64,000 nt of DNA, taken from assembly GCA_965203895.1 (NCBI GenBank), contig CBDBDI010000003.1, forward strand, positions 200,584-264,583. The letters run 5' to 3'. Below, in pieces: positions 36,001 to 44,617 of the stretch. Within the stretch, counting starts at the first letter, position 1, and the number at the start of each line of letters is the position of its first letter. Source of the stretch: Dehalococcoidia bacterium (GTDB taxonomy: Bacteria; Chloroflexota; Dehalococcoidia; Lucifugimonadales; JADFKI01). The notes below the pieces were generated by a model. It had not been told where the DNA came from. It saw only the letters and a program-made list of their open reading frames with translations, and ran no database searches. Both the position numbers and the translations under genes were made by a program.

Positions 36001-38214
36001 ATGGCTGTGTCAAAGCAAACGCTGGACGAACTCGCGCTCACAGAGGCGGAGTATGAGGCGATAGTTGAGCGGCTGGGCAGGGAACCCAATCACTTGGAAC
36101 TAGGGCTTTTCGGTTCGCTGTGGAGCGAGCATTGCGGCTACAAGCACTCCAAGCCGCTGCTGCGAATGCTGCCCGGCGACAGCCCCCGCCTGCTGATTGG
36201 GGCGGGCAGCGAGAACGCCGGCGCGGTGGACATCGGCGGCGGGCTTGCGGTGGTGATGAAGATCGAATCGCACAATCACCCGTCGGCGATAGAGCCGTAT
36301 CAGGGCGCGGCCACGGGCGTGGGCGGCATCGTGCGGGACATATTCGCTATGGGCGCAAGACCGATAGCGCTGCTGAACTCGCTGCGCTTCGGTTCGCTAT
36401 CGGACGGGCGCAACCGCTATCTGTTCGACGGCGTGGTCAGCGGCATATCCGGCTACGGCAACTGCATCGGCGTTCCGAATGTGGGCGGCGAAGTCTGCTT
36501 CTCCGATTCGTACTCCGGCAACCCGCTTGTGAACGCAATGTGCGTGGGCATACTGAGAACGGACGGGCTTGCGCGCGCCACCACGGGCGGGGCGGGCAAC
36601 CTGCTGATGCTGGTCGGCTCGGACACGGGGCGCGACGGCATTCACGGCGCTTCGGGCTTGGCGTCCCGCACGTTCGAGGAAGAGCGCGAGCTGCGTCCTA
36701 CGGTTCAGGTGGGCAACCCGTTTATGGAGAAATCGCTCATCGAAGCTTGCCTAGAAGCGGCGCAAACTGACCATATCGTAGGGATGCAGGATTTGGGCGC
36801 TGCCGGTCTGACGAGCGCAAGCGTGGAGGCGGCGTCCAACGGCGGCAGCGGCATTCGGATTGACGTCGCCAAAGCGCCGCGCCGCGAAACCGATATGACG
36901 CCGTATGAGGTGATGCTGTCCGAATCGCAAGAGCGCATGCTCATAATCGTCAAAGACGGACATCAGGATGCGGTGAAAGCGATATTCGACAAGTGGGACT
37001 TGCAGTCAACGCTGATTGGGCGCTCAACCGACGACGGACTGGCGCGCATATTCGACGGCGATGAGCTTGTGGGCGAACCGCCGGTGAGCATACTGACGGA
37101 TGCGCCGCAGTACCGCTTGCAGGGCGTCAAACCCGAGTGGCTGCCCGCGCTGCAAGCCTATGACCTGGAGAGTCTGCCAATGCCCGACGCTTCGCCAAGC
37201 GAAACGCTACTTCGACTGCTGGCGTCCCCAAATATCGCAAGCAAAGAGTGGGTATATCGGCAGTATGACCACCAGGTTCAGACGAACACGGTGCAGCCGC
37301 CGGGCGGCGATGCGGCGGTTCTGCGCATCAAGGGGACGGGCAAGGGCCTCGCGCTTGCCACTGACGGCAATGGGCGCTTGTGCTATCTCGACCCTTTTGT
37401 GGGCGGGATGATTGCGGTGGCGGAAGCTTGCCGCAATGTTGCCTGTGTGGGGGCTGAGCCAATCGCATTGACCGACTGCCTGAACTTCGGCAATCCTGAG
37501 AAAGCGGAAATCTATTACCAACTCGAAGAGTGCGTCAAGGGTATGGCGGCGGCATGCGCGGCGCTGGCGGCGCCGGTCATCAGCGGCAATGTCAGCCTAT
37601 ACAATGAAACGCAAGGGCAAGGCATATACCCCACGCCCATCATCGGCTGCCTTGGACTGCTTGAGGATGTGAGCGCCAATGTGAGCTTGGGCTTTCGGCG
37701 CGCGGGCGATGCGGTGGTATTGCTGGGCGCGTCCGAAGTGAGCGCTAATGCGGCGTCGCTTGCGGGCAGCGAATACCTTGAAGCGATGCACGGACTTGTG
37801 GCGGGAATGCCGTCGATCGACATTGACGCGGAAGCCGCATTGCAGCGCGCATGCTGTCGATTGATTAGCGAGCGCGTCATAGTTTCGGCGCACGACTGCT
37901 CCGACGGCGGGCTTGCGGTGGCGCTCGCGGAGTGCTGCATAGCGGGCGGGCGCGGCGTGGAGTGCGCCGGCATAGACGGCGGCGGCCGCTGGGACGCCGC
38001 GCTATTCGGCGAAACGCAGTCGAGCATCGTGGCGTCGCTGCCGCCGGATCAGCTCAGCGCGCTGGCGGCTATCTGCGACTCAGAGGGCGTTCCATGGACT
38101 ACGCTGGGCTATGTGAGCGATGCAGGCTTCAGGATTGGCGGGCTGATCGACACGCCGCTGTCTGAGCTGACGGACGCATGGCGCAACGGACTGCAACGCG
38201 CGCTGGATGGGTAA
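36001..38214 (+). CDS. purL: Phosphoribosylformylglycinamidine synthase subunit PurL
   Basis: ELGLFGSLWSEHCGYKHSK, KIESHNHPSAIEPYQGAATGVGGIVRDI, GRDGIHGAS. Length 737 aa. Confidence 0.9.
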   Translation: MAVSKQTLDELALTEAEYEAIVERLGREPNHLELGLFGSLWSEHCGYKHSKPLLRMLPGDSPRLLIGAGSENAGAVDIGGGLAVVMKIESHNHPSAIEPYQGAATGVGGIVRDIFAMGARPIALLNSLRFGSLSDGRNRYLFDGVVSGISGYGNCIGVPNVGGEVCFSDSYSGNPLVNAMCVGILRTDGLARATTGGAGNLLMLVGSDTGRDGIHGASGLASRTFEEERELRPTVQVGNPFMEKSLIEACLEAAQTDHIVGMQDLGAAGLTSASVEAASNGGSGIRIDVAKAPRRETDMTPYEVMLSESQERMLIIVKDGHQDAVKAIFDKWDLQSTLIGRSTDDGLARIFDGDELVGEPPVSILTDAPQYRLQGVKPEWLPALQAYDLESLPMPDASPSETLLRLLASPNIASKEWVYRQYDHQVQTNTVQPPGGDAAVLRIKGTGKGLALATDGNGRLCYLDPFVGGMIAVAEACRNVACVGAEPIALTDCLNFGNPEKAEIYYQLEECVKGMAAACAALAAPVISGNVSLYNETQGQGIYPTPIIGCLGLLEDVSANVSLGFRRAGDAVVLLGASEVSANAASLAGSEYLEAMHGLVAGMPSIDIDAEAALQRACCRLISERVIVSAHDCSDGGLAVALAECCIAGGRGVECAGIDGGGRWDAALFGETQSSIVASLPPDQLSALAAICDSEGVPWTTLGYVSDAGFRIGGLIDTPLSELTDAWRNGLQRALDG

Positions 38215-38286
38215 GCGCTGAGCAATCGTGTCTTAATGCAAGCATACGATTGCAAGCGCATAACCGAGGCGCGCATCAAGAAGTTG

Positions 38287-38338
38287 AGAGGCGCAGCGCG
38301 CTCTAAATGCGGGGCGAAAGCGCGCAAAGAGCGCAGCG
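38287..38338 (+). repeat. Degenerate region related to the dispersed repeat
   Basis: gagaggcgcagcgcgc...ggggcgaaagcgcgcaaagagcgcagcg. The octamer-like GCGCAAAG and GCGCAGCG units are present but order and spacing are not conserved. Confidence 0.3.
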
Positions 38339-38437
38339 TCATTTGATTTGACAGCGTTTTAGCGTAATGCTACATTAGTAGGCGTTGGCGCTCGCGGCTT
38401 GGCGCTGCCAACGATGGATGTGATTGGAGTGTCTATA

Positions 38438-38752
38438 TTGCCTGCCTACGATTACAAATGCAACGCTTGCGGTCATCGTTTTGAAGAGCGGCAGAGTTTC
38501 TATGCCGACCCTGTTGCCGCCTGCCCGCTGTGCGAAAGCGCGGCGAGCCGCCAGTTCGTGGCGGTGCCCATCGTGTTCAAGGGCAGCGGCTTCTATGTGA
38601 ACGACTACGGCAAGAGCAGCAGCTACACCAGCGCCAAATCCGAATCCAACGGCGCATCGTCCGATTCCGGCGAGAAGGCGGAAACCGCCGCAAAGACGGA
38701 TGGCAAGGCGAAGTCCAAAGCCAAATCGGGTTCCGCAAACGCGGACGAGTAA
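38438..38752 (+). CDS. FmdB-family zinc-ribbon protein (CxxC...CxxC) with a Ser/Lys-rich tail
   Basis: The TTG at 38438 follows GGAG. (M)PAYDYKCNACGHRFEERQSFYADPVAACPLCES...FKGSGFYVNDYGK. Confidence 0.75.
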   Translation: MPAYDYKCNACGHRFEERQSFYADPVAACPLCESAASRQFVAVPIVFKGSGFYVNDYGKSSSYTSAKSESNGASSDSGEKAETAAKTDGKAKSKAKSGSANADE

Positions 38753-38755
38753 GCG

Positions 38756-39220
38756 TTGCGCGCGCTAGTGCAACGTGTTTCGCATGCGTCCGTCAGCGTG
38801 GACGGCGCTACGCTCGGCAGCATAGGCGCAGGGCTTGTCCTGCTAATCGGCATCTGCCGCGACGACGATACGGATGATGCCGATTACATCGTTGGCAAGG
38901 CGGTGAACCTCCGCATTTTCAGCGACGAACAGGGTAGATTTAACCGCTCGGCTCTCGACATCGGGGCCGAGCTTTTGGTTATAAGCCAGTTCACGCTCTA
39001 CGCCGATACTAGGCGCGGCCGACGCCCTAGCTTCTCAGATGCTGCGCCCCCCAAATATGCTGCATCCCTGTTTCAACGCACGCTAGAGCGCTTTGAACAG
39101 ACGGGGTTGAAAGTTGAAACAGGGATGTTTCAGGCGCATATGGCGGTGTCCATTCACAACGACGGCCCCGTTACCATAATGCTTGACTCCGCCGATAGAC
39201 ATCGCGCTAGAAGGGGATGA
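38756..39220 (+). CDS. dtd: D-aminoacyl-tRNA deacylase
   Basis: MRALVQRVSHASVSVDG..GLVLLIGI..LVISQFTLYADTRRGRRPSF..NDGPVTI. Confidence 0.85.
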   Translation: MRALVQRVSHASVSVDGATLGSIGAGLVLLIGICRDDDTDDADYIVGKAVNLRIFSDEQGRFNRSALDIGAELLVISQFTLYADTRRGRRPSFSDAAPPKYAASLFQRTLERFEQTGLKVETGMFQAHMAVSIHNDGPVTIMLDSADRHRARRG

Positions 39221-39250
39221 CCACGGCGCGCGCGAAACGCCGGGGTTGCC

Positions 39251-39283
39251 GAAACGCAAATGCCGCGGGGACGCAAAGTAGGG
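39251..39283 (+). repeat. Variant copy of the dispersed repeat
   Basis: gaaacgcaaatgccgcggggacgcaaagtaggg, lying between the convergent dtd and rluD stops. Confidence 0.6.
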
Positions 39284-40183
39284 TTAGGGCGTGATGGACT
39301 GCAGGAATGCCTGCAGTTCGGGGGGCAGGGGCGCGCTGAACTCGCGGTATTCGTCGTTGGCGGGATGGCGAAAGCCTAGCGTCGATGCGTGCAGGAATTG
39401 GCGGTTGAGGCGCGGGTGAGGCTTGCCGTAGGTGGCATCGCCCACAAGCGGATAGCCCAGCGATGCGAAGTGAACGCGGATCTGGTGCGTGCGTCCGGTT
39501 GCGGGGCGCGCTTCCACAAGAGTATGCGCCGAAAAGCGCCGCATTACGCGGTAGCGAGTTGCGGCGTTGCGGCCTCCCTGTACTATCGCCATTCGCTTGC
39601 GGTCGGAGTTCGCCCTGCCGATGGGCGCGTCTATGACGGCTTCGTCAGGCGATACGCTGCCGTGAACCAGCGCTGTGTACACCTTGGTGAATGCGCGCCG
39701 CTTGAGCTGCTCCGCAAGCCGTTTGTGCGCGCCCTCTTTCTTTGCCACCACCATAAGCCCGGATGTGTCCTTGTCAAGCCGATGAACGATGCCGGGGCGG
39801 ATGCTGCCGCCAATGCCCTGCAGGTCGGGGCAGAGCGCAAGCACGGCGTTGACTAGCGTGTTGTCCGGGTGGCCGGGCGCCGGATGCACGGTTAGGCCGG
39901 CGGGCTTGTCCACCACAAGCAGATGCGCGTCTTCGTAGGCGATGTTCAGGGGGATGCGCTGCGGCGTTAGCCCGCTTGGGAGGGGTTCGGGGATGCGCAA
40001 CTCGACTATCTGCCGCTGCCGCAGTTTCGTAGATGGCTTGGCGGCGTTTCCGTCGACCGTAGCACATCCCTGCGCTATGAGCGCCTGCAGCCGTGAGCGC
40101 GATAGATCGGGGCAATGCCTGTCGAGAAACTTGTCGAGCCGCTCCCCGCTTGCATCCACATTGAAGGTTTGCGCGGCGCTCAA
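39284..40183 (-). CDS. rluD: 23S rRNA pseudouridine synthase, RluA/RluD family
   Basis: S4 domain (ERLDKFLDRHCPDLSRSRLQALI) and the catalytic motif HRLDKDTSGLMVVAK. The TTG start at 40183 overlaps the lspA stop (TTGA). The rest of the 531-aa track ORF is out-of-frame overlap with lspA. Confidence 0.8.
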   Translation of the reverse strand: MSAAQTFNVDASGERLDKFLDRHCPDLSRSRLQALIAQGCATVDGNAAKPSTKLRQRQIVELRIPEPLPSGLTPQRIPLNIAYEDAHLLVVDKPAGLTVHPAPGHPDNTLVNAVLALCPDLQGIGGSIRPGIVHRLDKDTSGLMVVAKKEGAHKRLAEQLKRRAFTKVYTALVHGSVSPDEAVIDAPIGRANSDRKRMAIVQGGRNAATRYRVMRRFSAHTLVEARPATGRTHQIRVHFASLGYPLVGDATYGKPHPRLNRQFLHASTLGFRHPANDEYREFSAPLPPELQAFLQSITP

Positions 40184-40800
40184 TTTGGGTCTTTCGCGTC
40201 GGGTTCTGCCGCCGCTTGCGCCTTCGGGGTTCTGTCGAAGAGTATCACTACTATCGCAAGCGTCGCCATACCCACGCATATGGACGAATCTGCGATGTTG
40301 AAGATGGGCCACCAACCGACGTGAATGAAATCGGTTACCGCGCCAAAGGCTATGCGGTCGAACAGGTTGCCGAAAGCGCCGCCCAGCTGCAAGCCGATGG
40401 CGAAGCGCAGGATGGGCTTGGGCAGGGCGTATGCGCGGTAGAAATACACCAGAAAGCCGATGGCTATCAGCGATGCGAATATGAGAAAGAGCGTCTGATT
40501 TGGGAACAGCCCGAATGCGGTGCCGGTGTTCGTGCCGTGCGTTATCCGCACAAGCCCTTCGCCCGGCCACGATTCGCCAATACGCATATTGGACTTGATG
40601 ATGAACTTGGTGATCTGATCGGCGGCGAACACCGCCGCAATCGTGAGCAGCAACAGGCGATCCGCGCTCAGTGAACGGCATGCGGTGCCGATGCTTGTCC
40701 CCAAAGCCACAATCGTGGGCAGCAGGCGGTCTCTGCGCCAGACGCGGCGGGGCTTGGCGTCCGCCGGGGTTTGGGTTTCTAGCGCGGTGCGTTCTTCCAT
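40180..40800 (-). CDS. lspA: Lipoprotein signal peptidase (signal peptidase II)
   Basis: DQITKFII, ITHGTNTGTAFGLF, VTDFIHVGWWPIFNIADSSICVG. Confidence 0.85.
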   Translation of the reverse strand: MEERTALETQTPADAKPRRVWRRDRLLPTIVALGTSIGTACRSLSADRLLLLTIAAVFAADQITKFIIKSNMRIGESWPGEGLVRITHGTNTGTAFGLFPNQTLFLIFASLIAIGFLVYFYRAYALPKPILRFAIGLQLGGAFGNLFDRIAFGAVTDFIHVGWWPIFNIADSSICVGMATLAIVVILFDRTPKAQAAAEPDAKDPN

Positions 40801-40930
40801 ATCGTCCTTGATTGCGCGGGATTGAATGCGATTGTATTGGGCTATGCGGCGGCGCTAATGCAGATGCGCGCGTTGCCAATCGGGGCGTGTGCTACGCCTA
40901 TTAGATAGGATAGCATACTGCGCTCCGCGC

Positions 40931-42370
40931 TTACACCAACCCAGTGCGCAGCCAGTTGCCTTTGAAGTAGTACCAGGTGAATGCCACTAGGCGCAGGGAC
41001 ATTCCGCCTACGATTGCCGCCGGTATGCCGAACTGCCCCAATGGAGTGAAGTTCGCCAGAATGAATGTCAGCGGTATCTCGAATGCCCACATTGTGGCCA
41101 CCGTGATGACCATCGGGGCGAAGGTGGAGCCGGATGTGTTGAACGCCTGCGTGAATATCTGCACCGGGCTCATTGATATGTATCCGATGGCGGCGATTAT
41201 CAGCCATTGGGACGCTGTGGATATGAAGTCTGGATCGGCGTTGAAGAAGCCCGCCGTTGCGTCGGAAAAGACAATCAGCAGCGCAATGAATGGGCCGGTG
41301 AGGCTTAATCCGAACAGCATTGCCCATCGGACGGCGCTGCGCGCGCGTTGGGTATTGCCTGCGCCTAGGTTTTGTCCCGCCAATGCGCCGGCCGCCCGTC
41401 CCATTCCACGCGCGCTCTGATTGACCACATTCTCGGCGCGCCTTGCCAGCGCAAACGCCGCCAGCGCAATGTCCCCGAACTGCGCCGCCACGCCCACCAC
41501 TACGAGTTGGGACACGCCGCGCTGCATGTTCGTAATGGACGCGGGGACACCCTGCCGCACAAGTCCCCATATGAGCGGCAGGTCAATCTTGTATTCGCTG
41601 AATCTGAGTCTAAGGCGCGATCGGTCGCCGCGCGCGAGCGCCCAGTATGTCATTGCCGTGCCAAGAATTTCGGCGGCGAGGCGGGCATACGCCGCGCCGA
41701 CAAGCCCAAGCGCGGGCAGTCCAAGCCAGCCGAATATGAGCAGCGGGCTGAGCGCGATATGTATGGCGCGCGACGCCAACGCCGCTTTGAGCGGTGTTAT
41801 GCTGTCCCCGGACGCCTGCAGCGCACCGCCGAATAGGCGGTGGTAGCTTAGGCACGCCATAGCCACAAGCTGAACGCGCATATATCCGACGCCCTGCTCG
41901 ATAGCGGCGTCGCTTAGCCCGATGACTCGCAGCAGCGGTTCGGTGAGCAACACGCCGACCGTTATCATCAGCAGCGCGAGGGCGGATGTGAGGGTGAGGG
42001 ATTGCAGCAAGACGTGGTTGGCGTATGAGATGCGGCGCGCGCCGATTGCGCGGGCGATCATGGAGCGCATGCTGGAGTCCAACCCCATGCGCGCCATCAT
42101 AATGGTGCTGAGATAAGCCTGCGCCGCGCCGAGTCCTGCGATAGCGTGAAAGCCGAGCCGTCCCGCCCAAACAAGGTCGGCTACTTGGTCTATGACGCCT
42201 AGGAAGCCCTCCGCCACTTGGGGCCACCCTAGATACCAGATGTGGCCGCGAATGCCGCCTTGCGTAAGATCGCGCCCGGATCGGGTTGCGCGGCGACGCG
42301 GCGCGGCGGGTTGTGGTTGGCGCATGCGCGGCGGCGGGGATGGCTGCGTTGGCGGTTCGTCCTCTTGCAT
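40931..42370 (-). CDS. MATE family efflux transporter
   Basis: 479 aa, 12-TM pattern. WYLGWPQVAEGFLGVIDQVADLVWAGRLG. Pro/Arg-rich N-terminal tail. Confidence 0.8.
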   Translation of the reverse strand: MQEDEPPTQPSPPPRMRQPQPAAPRRRATRSGRDLTQGGIRGHIWYLGWPQVAEGFLGVIDQVADLVWAGRLGFHAIAGLGAAQAYLSTIMMARMGLDSSMRSMIARAIGARRISYANHVLLQSLTLTSALALLMITVGVLLTEPLLRVIGLSDAAIEQGVGYMRVQLVAMACLSYHRLFGGALQASGDSITPLKAALASRAIHIALSPLLIFGWLGLPALGLVGAAYARLAAEILGTAMTYWALARGDRSRLRLRFSEYKIDLPLIWGLVRQGVPASITNMQRGVSQLVVVGVAAQFGDIALAAFALARRAENVVNQSARGMGRAAGALAGQNLGAGNTQRARSAVRWAMLFGLSLTGPFIALLIVFSDATAGFFNADPDFISTASQWLIIAAIGYISMSPVQIFTQAFNTSGSTFAPMVITVATMWAFEIPLTFILANFTPLGQFGIPAAIVGGMSLRLVAFTWYYFKGNWLRTGLV

Positions 42371-42480
42371 TCAAGCCTTTCGGGTTGGCGCGCGGCTTGA
42401 CATTCGGCGTTGCCGCGCTTTCGGTGTGCGCTCAACAATAGGCTAACGGGGCGCATTCAGTCAAATTGCGTTAAAGGCGT

Positions 42481-42512
42481 CTAAACGCAAAGGCGCAGAG
42501 GCGCAAAGGGGG
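42481..42512 (+). repeat. Dispersed octamer-periodic repeat, full copy
   Basis: ctaaacgcaaaggcgcagaggcgcaaaggggg, at the left edge of the AT-rich RHH/pVip cassette. Confidence 0.85.
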
Positions 42513-42560
42513 ATTTTTGTTTGGCGGAAATCGCAAGTTTATGGATTTCCAAATTAGGGC

Positions 42561-42589
42561 TTGCATAGATGATTGAATGTAAGTATAAT
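42561..42589 (+). promoter_or_regulatory. Near-consensus sigma70-type promoter
   Basis: -35 TTGCAT (42561-42566), an exact 17-nt spacer, and -10 TATAAT (42584-42589), in an AT-rich tract upstream of the RHH gene. Confidence 0.65.
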
Positions 42590-42625
42590 TATGCGTAATA
42601 TGTAATTCACATATGGAATTATGCG
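42587..42625 (+). promoter_or_regulatory. Operator-like repeat set overlapping the -10 and predicted transcription start
   Basis: The direct repeat AATTATGCG (42587-42595 and 42617-42625, 30 bp apart) flanks the palindrome ATATGT-aattc-ACATAT (42598-42614). Confidence 0.5.
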
Positions 42626-42654
42626 AAATAAGCAAACGGACAAGAGGCGACGAT

Positions 42655-43326
42655 ATGACTGACAAGCGTACTGAAGAGCAGAACGGGGACGCCAACGGCA
42701 ATGCGGGCGCTAACGACGGCGTGGGCGCAGACAGGGACAAGCGCAGGCTGTCGGACAACGTGGAGGGGCTTGTGGATGATGTGAACAAGGTGGTGAAGGT
42801 GGCGATCGAGCGAGGGACGGATGCCGCGGAGTCGCTGGGCGAAAACATTCGGGACACATTCCAAGGCATACGCTCCAACCGCGACAATGTGGTGATGGTG
42901 CGAGTTGACGCCGAAAGCCTCGCGCGGTTGGATGAGCTGGTGGACGCCGGCATAATGGGCAGCCGCTCCGAGGCGGCGGCGTTCCTGATAAGCGAAGGCA
43001 TCAAGGGGCGTCAGCCGCTGTTCGACAGGATCGCGGAGAAGGTTCAGGAGATACGCCGGGTGAAGGACGAGCTCCGCAACTTGGTGGATATAGAAGGAGA
43101 GGATATGCCAAAGGAAAAAACGCACGTGCAGTACAACTATGGAAAGGCTAGGGATGAGTGGGGCCCGTCGGTGGCTGACGCCATCTGGGATAAGTTCCCA
43201 AGCGTCAAAACTCAAGCCAGGGCGACGCTTGCAGAAGACGAGCGCCTCAAAAGAGAGCCTAAGGCAGCGTCCGTGCGGTCTGTGATTGACGAAATCGTCA
43301 ATAGGTCGCTGGGGCGTGGGGATTAG
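42655..43326 (+). CDS. Ribbon-helix-helix (CopG-like) domain protein with long flanking regions
   Basis: The ATG at 42655 follows aagagg. The RHH core is NVVMVRVDAESLARLDELVDAGIMGSRSEAAAFLISEGIK. It has a low-complexity acidic N-terminus and an unassigned ~100-aa C-terminal region. Confidence 0.65.
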   Translation: MTDKRTEEQNGDANGNAGANDGVGADRDKRRLSDNVEGLVDDVNKVVKVAIERGTDAAESLGENIRDTFQGIRSNRDNVVMVRVDAESLARLDELVDAGIMGSRSEAAAFLISEGIKGRQPLFDRIAEKVQEIRRVKDELRNLVDIEGEDMPKEKTHVQYNYGKARDEWGPSVADAIWDKFPSVKTQARATLAEDERLKREPKAASVRSVIDEIVNRSLGRGD

Positions 43327-43338
43327 GGTTAAGCGAAT

Positions 43339-43369
43339 ATGTAGGGACGGGCGCTATCCGTCTCTACAT
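43339..43369 (+). promoter_or_regulatory. Intercistronic hairpin between the RHH gene and pVip
   Basis: atgtagggacgg-gcgctat-ccgtctctacat forms a 12-bp stem with one mismatch. There is no U-tract after it. Confidence 0.5.
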
Positions 43370-43405
43370 TATCGAATGTCATTCTGAACAAAGCGCTGAT
43401 AATCA

Positions 43406-44305
43406 GTGAACAACGAACAAAGGATGGTTGAGACTATGCCTATATCAACCGAAGTTCCATCGGTCAATTACCACCTGTGGAAGTTCTGCAATATGAGTTG
43501 CGACTTCTGCTTCGCCACATTTCAGGATGTAGAGCAAGATACGCTGCCGAAAGGCCACTTATCGCGAGAGGATAGCCTTCTTCTTATAGATATGCTGGCT
43601 CAGTGGGGGTTTGAGAAAATCAATTTCGCGGGCGGCGAGCCGACGCTCTGCCCGTGGTTGTCCGAACTGATTGCGCTGGCAAAAGAGCGCGGGATGGTTA
43701 CATCCATAGTTACCAACGGCTCGCGAATTACCTCCGAGTGGTTGGATGGACTGAATGGCAATCTTGATTGGATTGCGCTGAGCATAGACACCGTTGACCC
43801 GGAAAAGCTGAAGCGATCGGGACGGGCGGTTCAAAACAAGCCTATATCCCGGGAGGGCTACCTACAAATCATCGGCAGGATAAAGCGGAGTGGGATACGC
43901 CTGAAAATCAACACCGTTGTAACTTCCGCAACATGGGAAGAGGACTTTGCCGACTTCATAAGGGCGGCGAACCCTGAACGCTGGAAGATACTGCAAGCGC
44001 TTGCCGTCGACGGACAGAATGACGGGCGCATCGATAAGTACGCAGTCGACGCAGCGCGGTTTGAACGATATGTCGAGTGCAATCGATCCGTTGAAAGCGA
44101 AGGCATAGTCGTGGTGCCGGAGAACAACGAAATGATGACGGGGAGTTACATTATGGTTGACCCCGCCGGCCGCTTCTTCGACAACACTCAAGGCGCTCAC
44201 ACTTACAGCAGCCCTATTCTTGAGGTGGGAATTGCGGATGCGCTGAAGGAAGTATCCGTAAATGCCGAGCGTTTTCGCCAAAGGGGCGGGCGATACGCTT
44301 GGTGA
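43406..44305 (+). CDS. Prokaryotic viperin (pVip), radical-SAM nucleotide dehydratase
   Basis: NYHLWKFCNMSCDFCF (CxxxCxxC), EKINFAGGEPTL, SIVTNGS, LDWIALSIDTVD, LKINTVV, RWKILQAL, VPENNEMMTGSYIMVD and the C-terminal FRQRGGRYAW are collinear with animal and prokaryotic viperins. The likely true start is ATG 43424 or 43436. Confidence 0.9.
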   Translation: MNNEQRMVETMPISTEVPSVNYHLWKFCNMSCDFCFATFQDVEQDTLPKGHLSREDSLLLIDMLAQWGFEKINFAGGEPTLCPWLSELIALAKERGMVTSIVTNGSRITSEWLDGLNGNLDWIALSIDTVDPEKLKRSGRAVQNKPISREGYLQIIGRIKRSGIRLKINTVVTSATWEEDFADFIRAANPERWKILQALAVDGQNDGRIDKYAVDAARFERYVECNRSVESEGIVVVPENNEMMTGSYIMVDPAGRFFDNTQGAHTYSSPILEVGIADALKEVSVNAERFRQRGGRYAW

Positions 44306-44324
44306 ATTAGGCAAGCGGCAAGGA

Positions 44325-44360
44325 TCTTAACGCAAAGGCGCGGGGGCGCAAAGGGTATGG
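44325..44360 (+). repeat. Dispersed octamer-periodic repeat, full copy
   Basis: tcttaacgcaaaggcgcgggggcgcaaagggtatgg, 20 nt after the pVip stop. Confidence 0.85.
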
Positions 44361-44381
44361 TTAGTAGAAAGGAGGGCAAGT

Positions 44382-44582
44382 ATGGCGCGCAGGCAACGCT
44401 TTAACTATATGGAGCCGATACAACCGGAGTGGTGCGCGGCGGACAACAAGTATATCTACCTGAATAAGGTTGAGGCGGAGCGCGCTGCCGGACGCGCATT
44501 CGCGGAACGGGGGGACGAAGTTCGGGTGTATCAAGGTACCCATTGCGGACATTGGCATCTGACCAAATCGGCGCAGTGGTGA
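44382..44582 (+). CDS. Small (66 aa) protein with a C-terminal HCGHWHLT motif
   Basis: MARRQRFNYMEPIQPEWCAADNKYIYLNKVEAERAAGRAFAERGDEVRVYQGTHCGHWHLTKSAQW. RBS aaggaggg. Flanked on both sides by the dispersed repeat. Confidence 0.5.
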   Translation: MARRQRFNYMEPIQPEWCAADNKYIYLNKVEAERAAGRAFAERGDEVRVYQGTHCGHWHLTKSAQW

Positions 44583-44617
44583 GCGGCAGGGCGGTTTGCG
44601 CCGCTGTCGAGGATTGG

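Noticed and set aside
39284-40879. A single 531-aa ORF spanning the rluD and lspA region.
   Set aside because: Only the C-terminal 299 aa are RluD-like. The upstream part is an alternative frame across lspA with junk composition. A TTG at 40183 overlapping the lspA stop gives a normal-length RluD.
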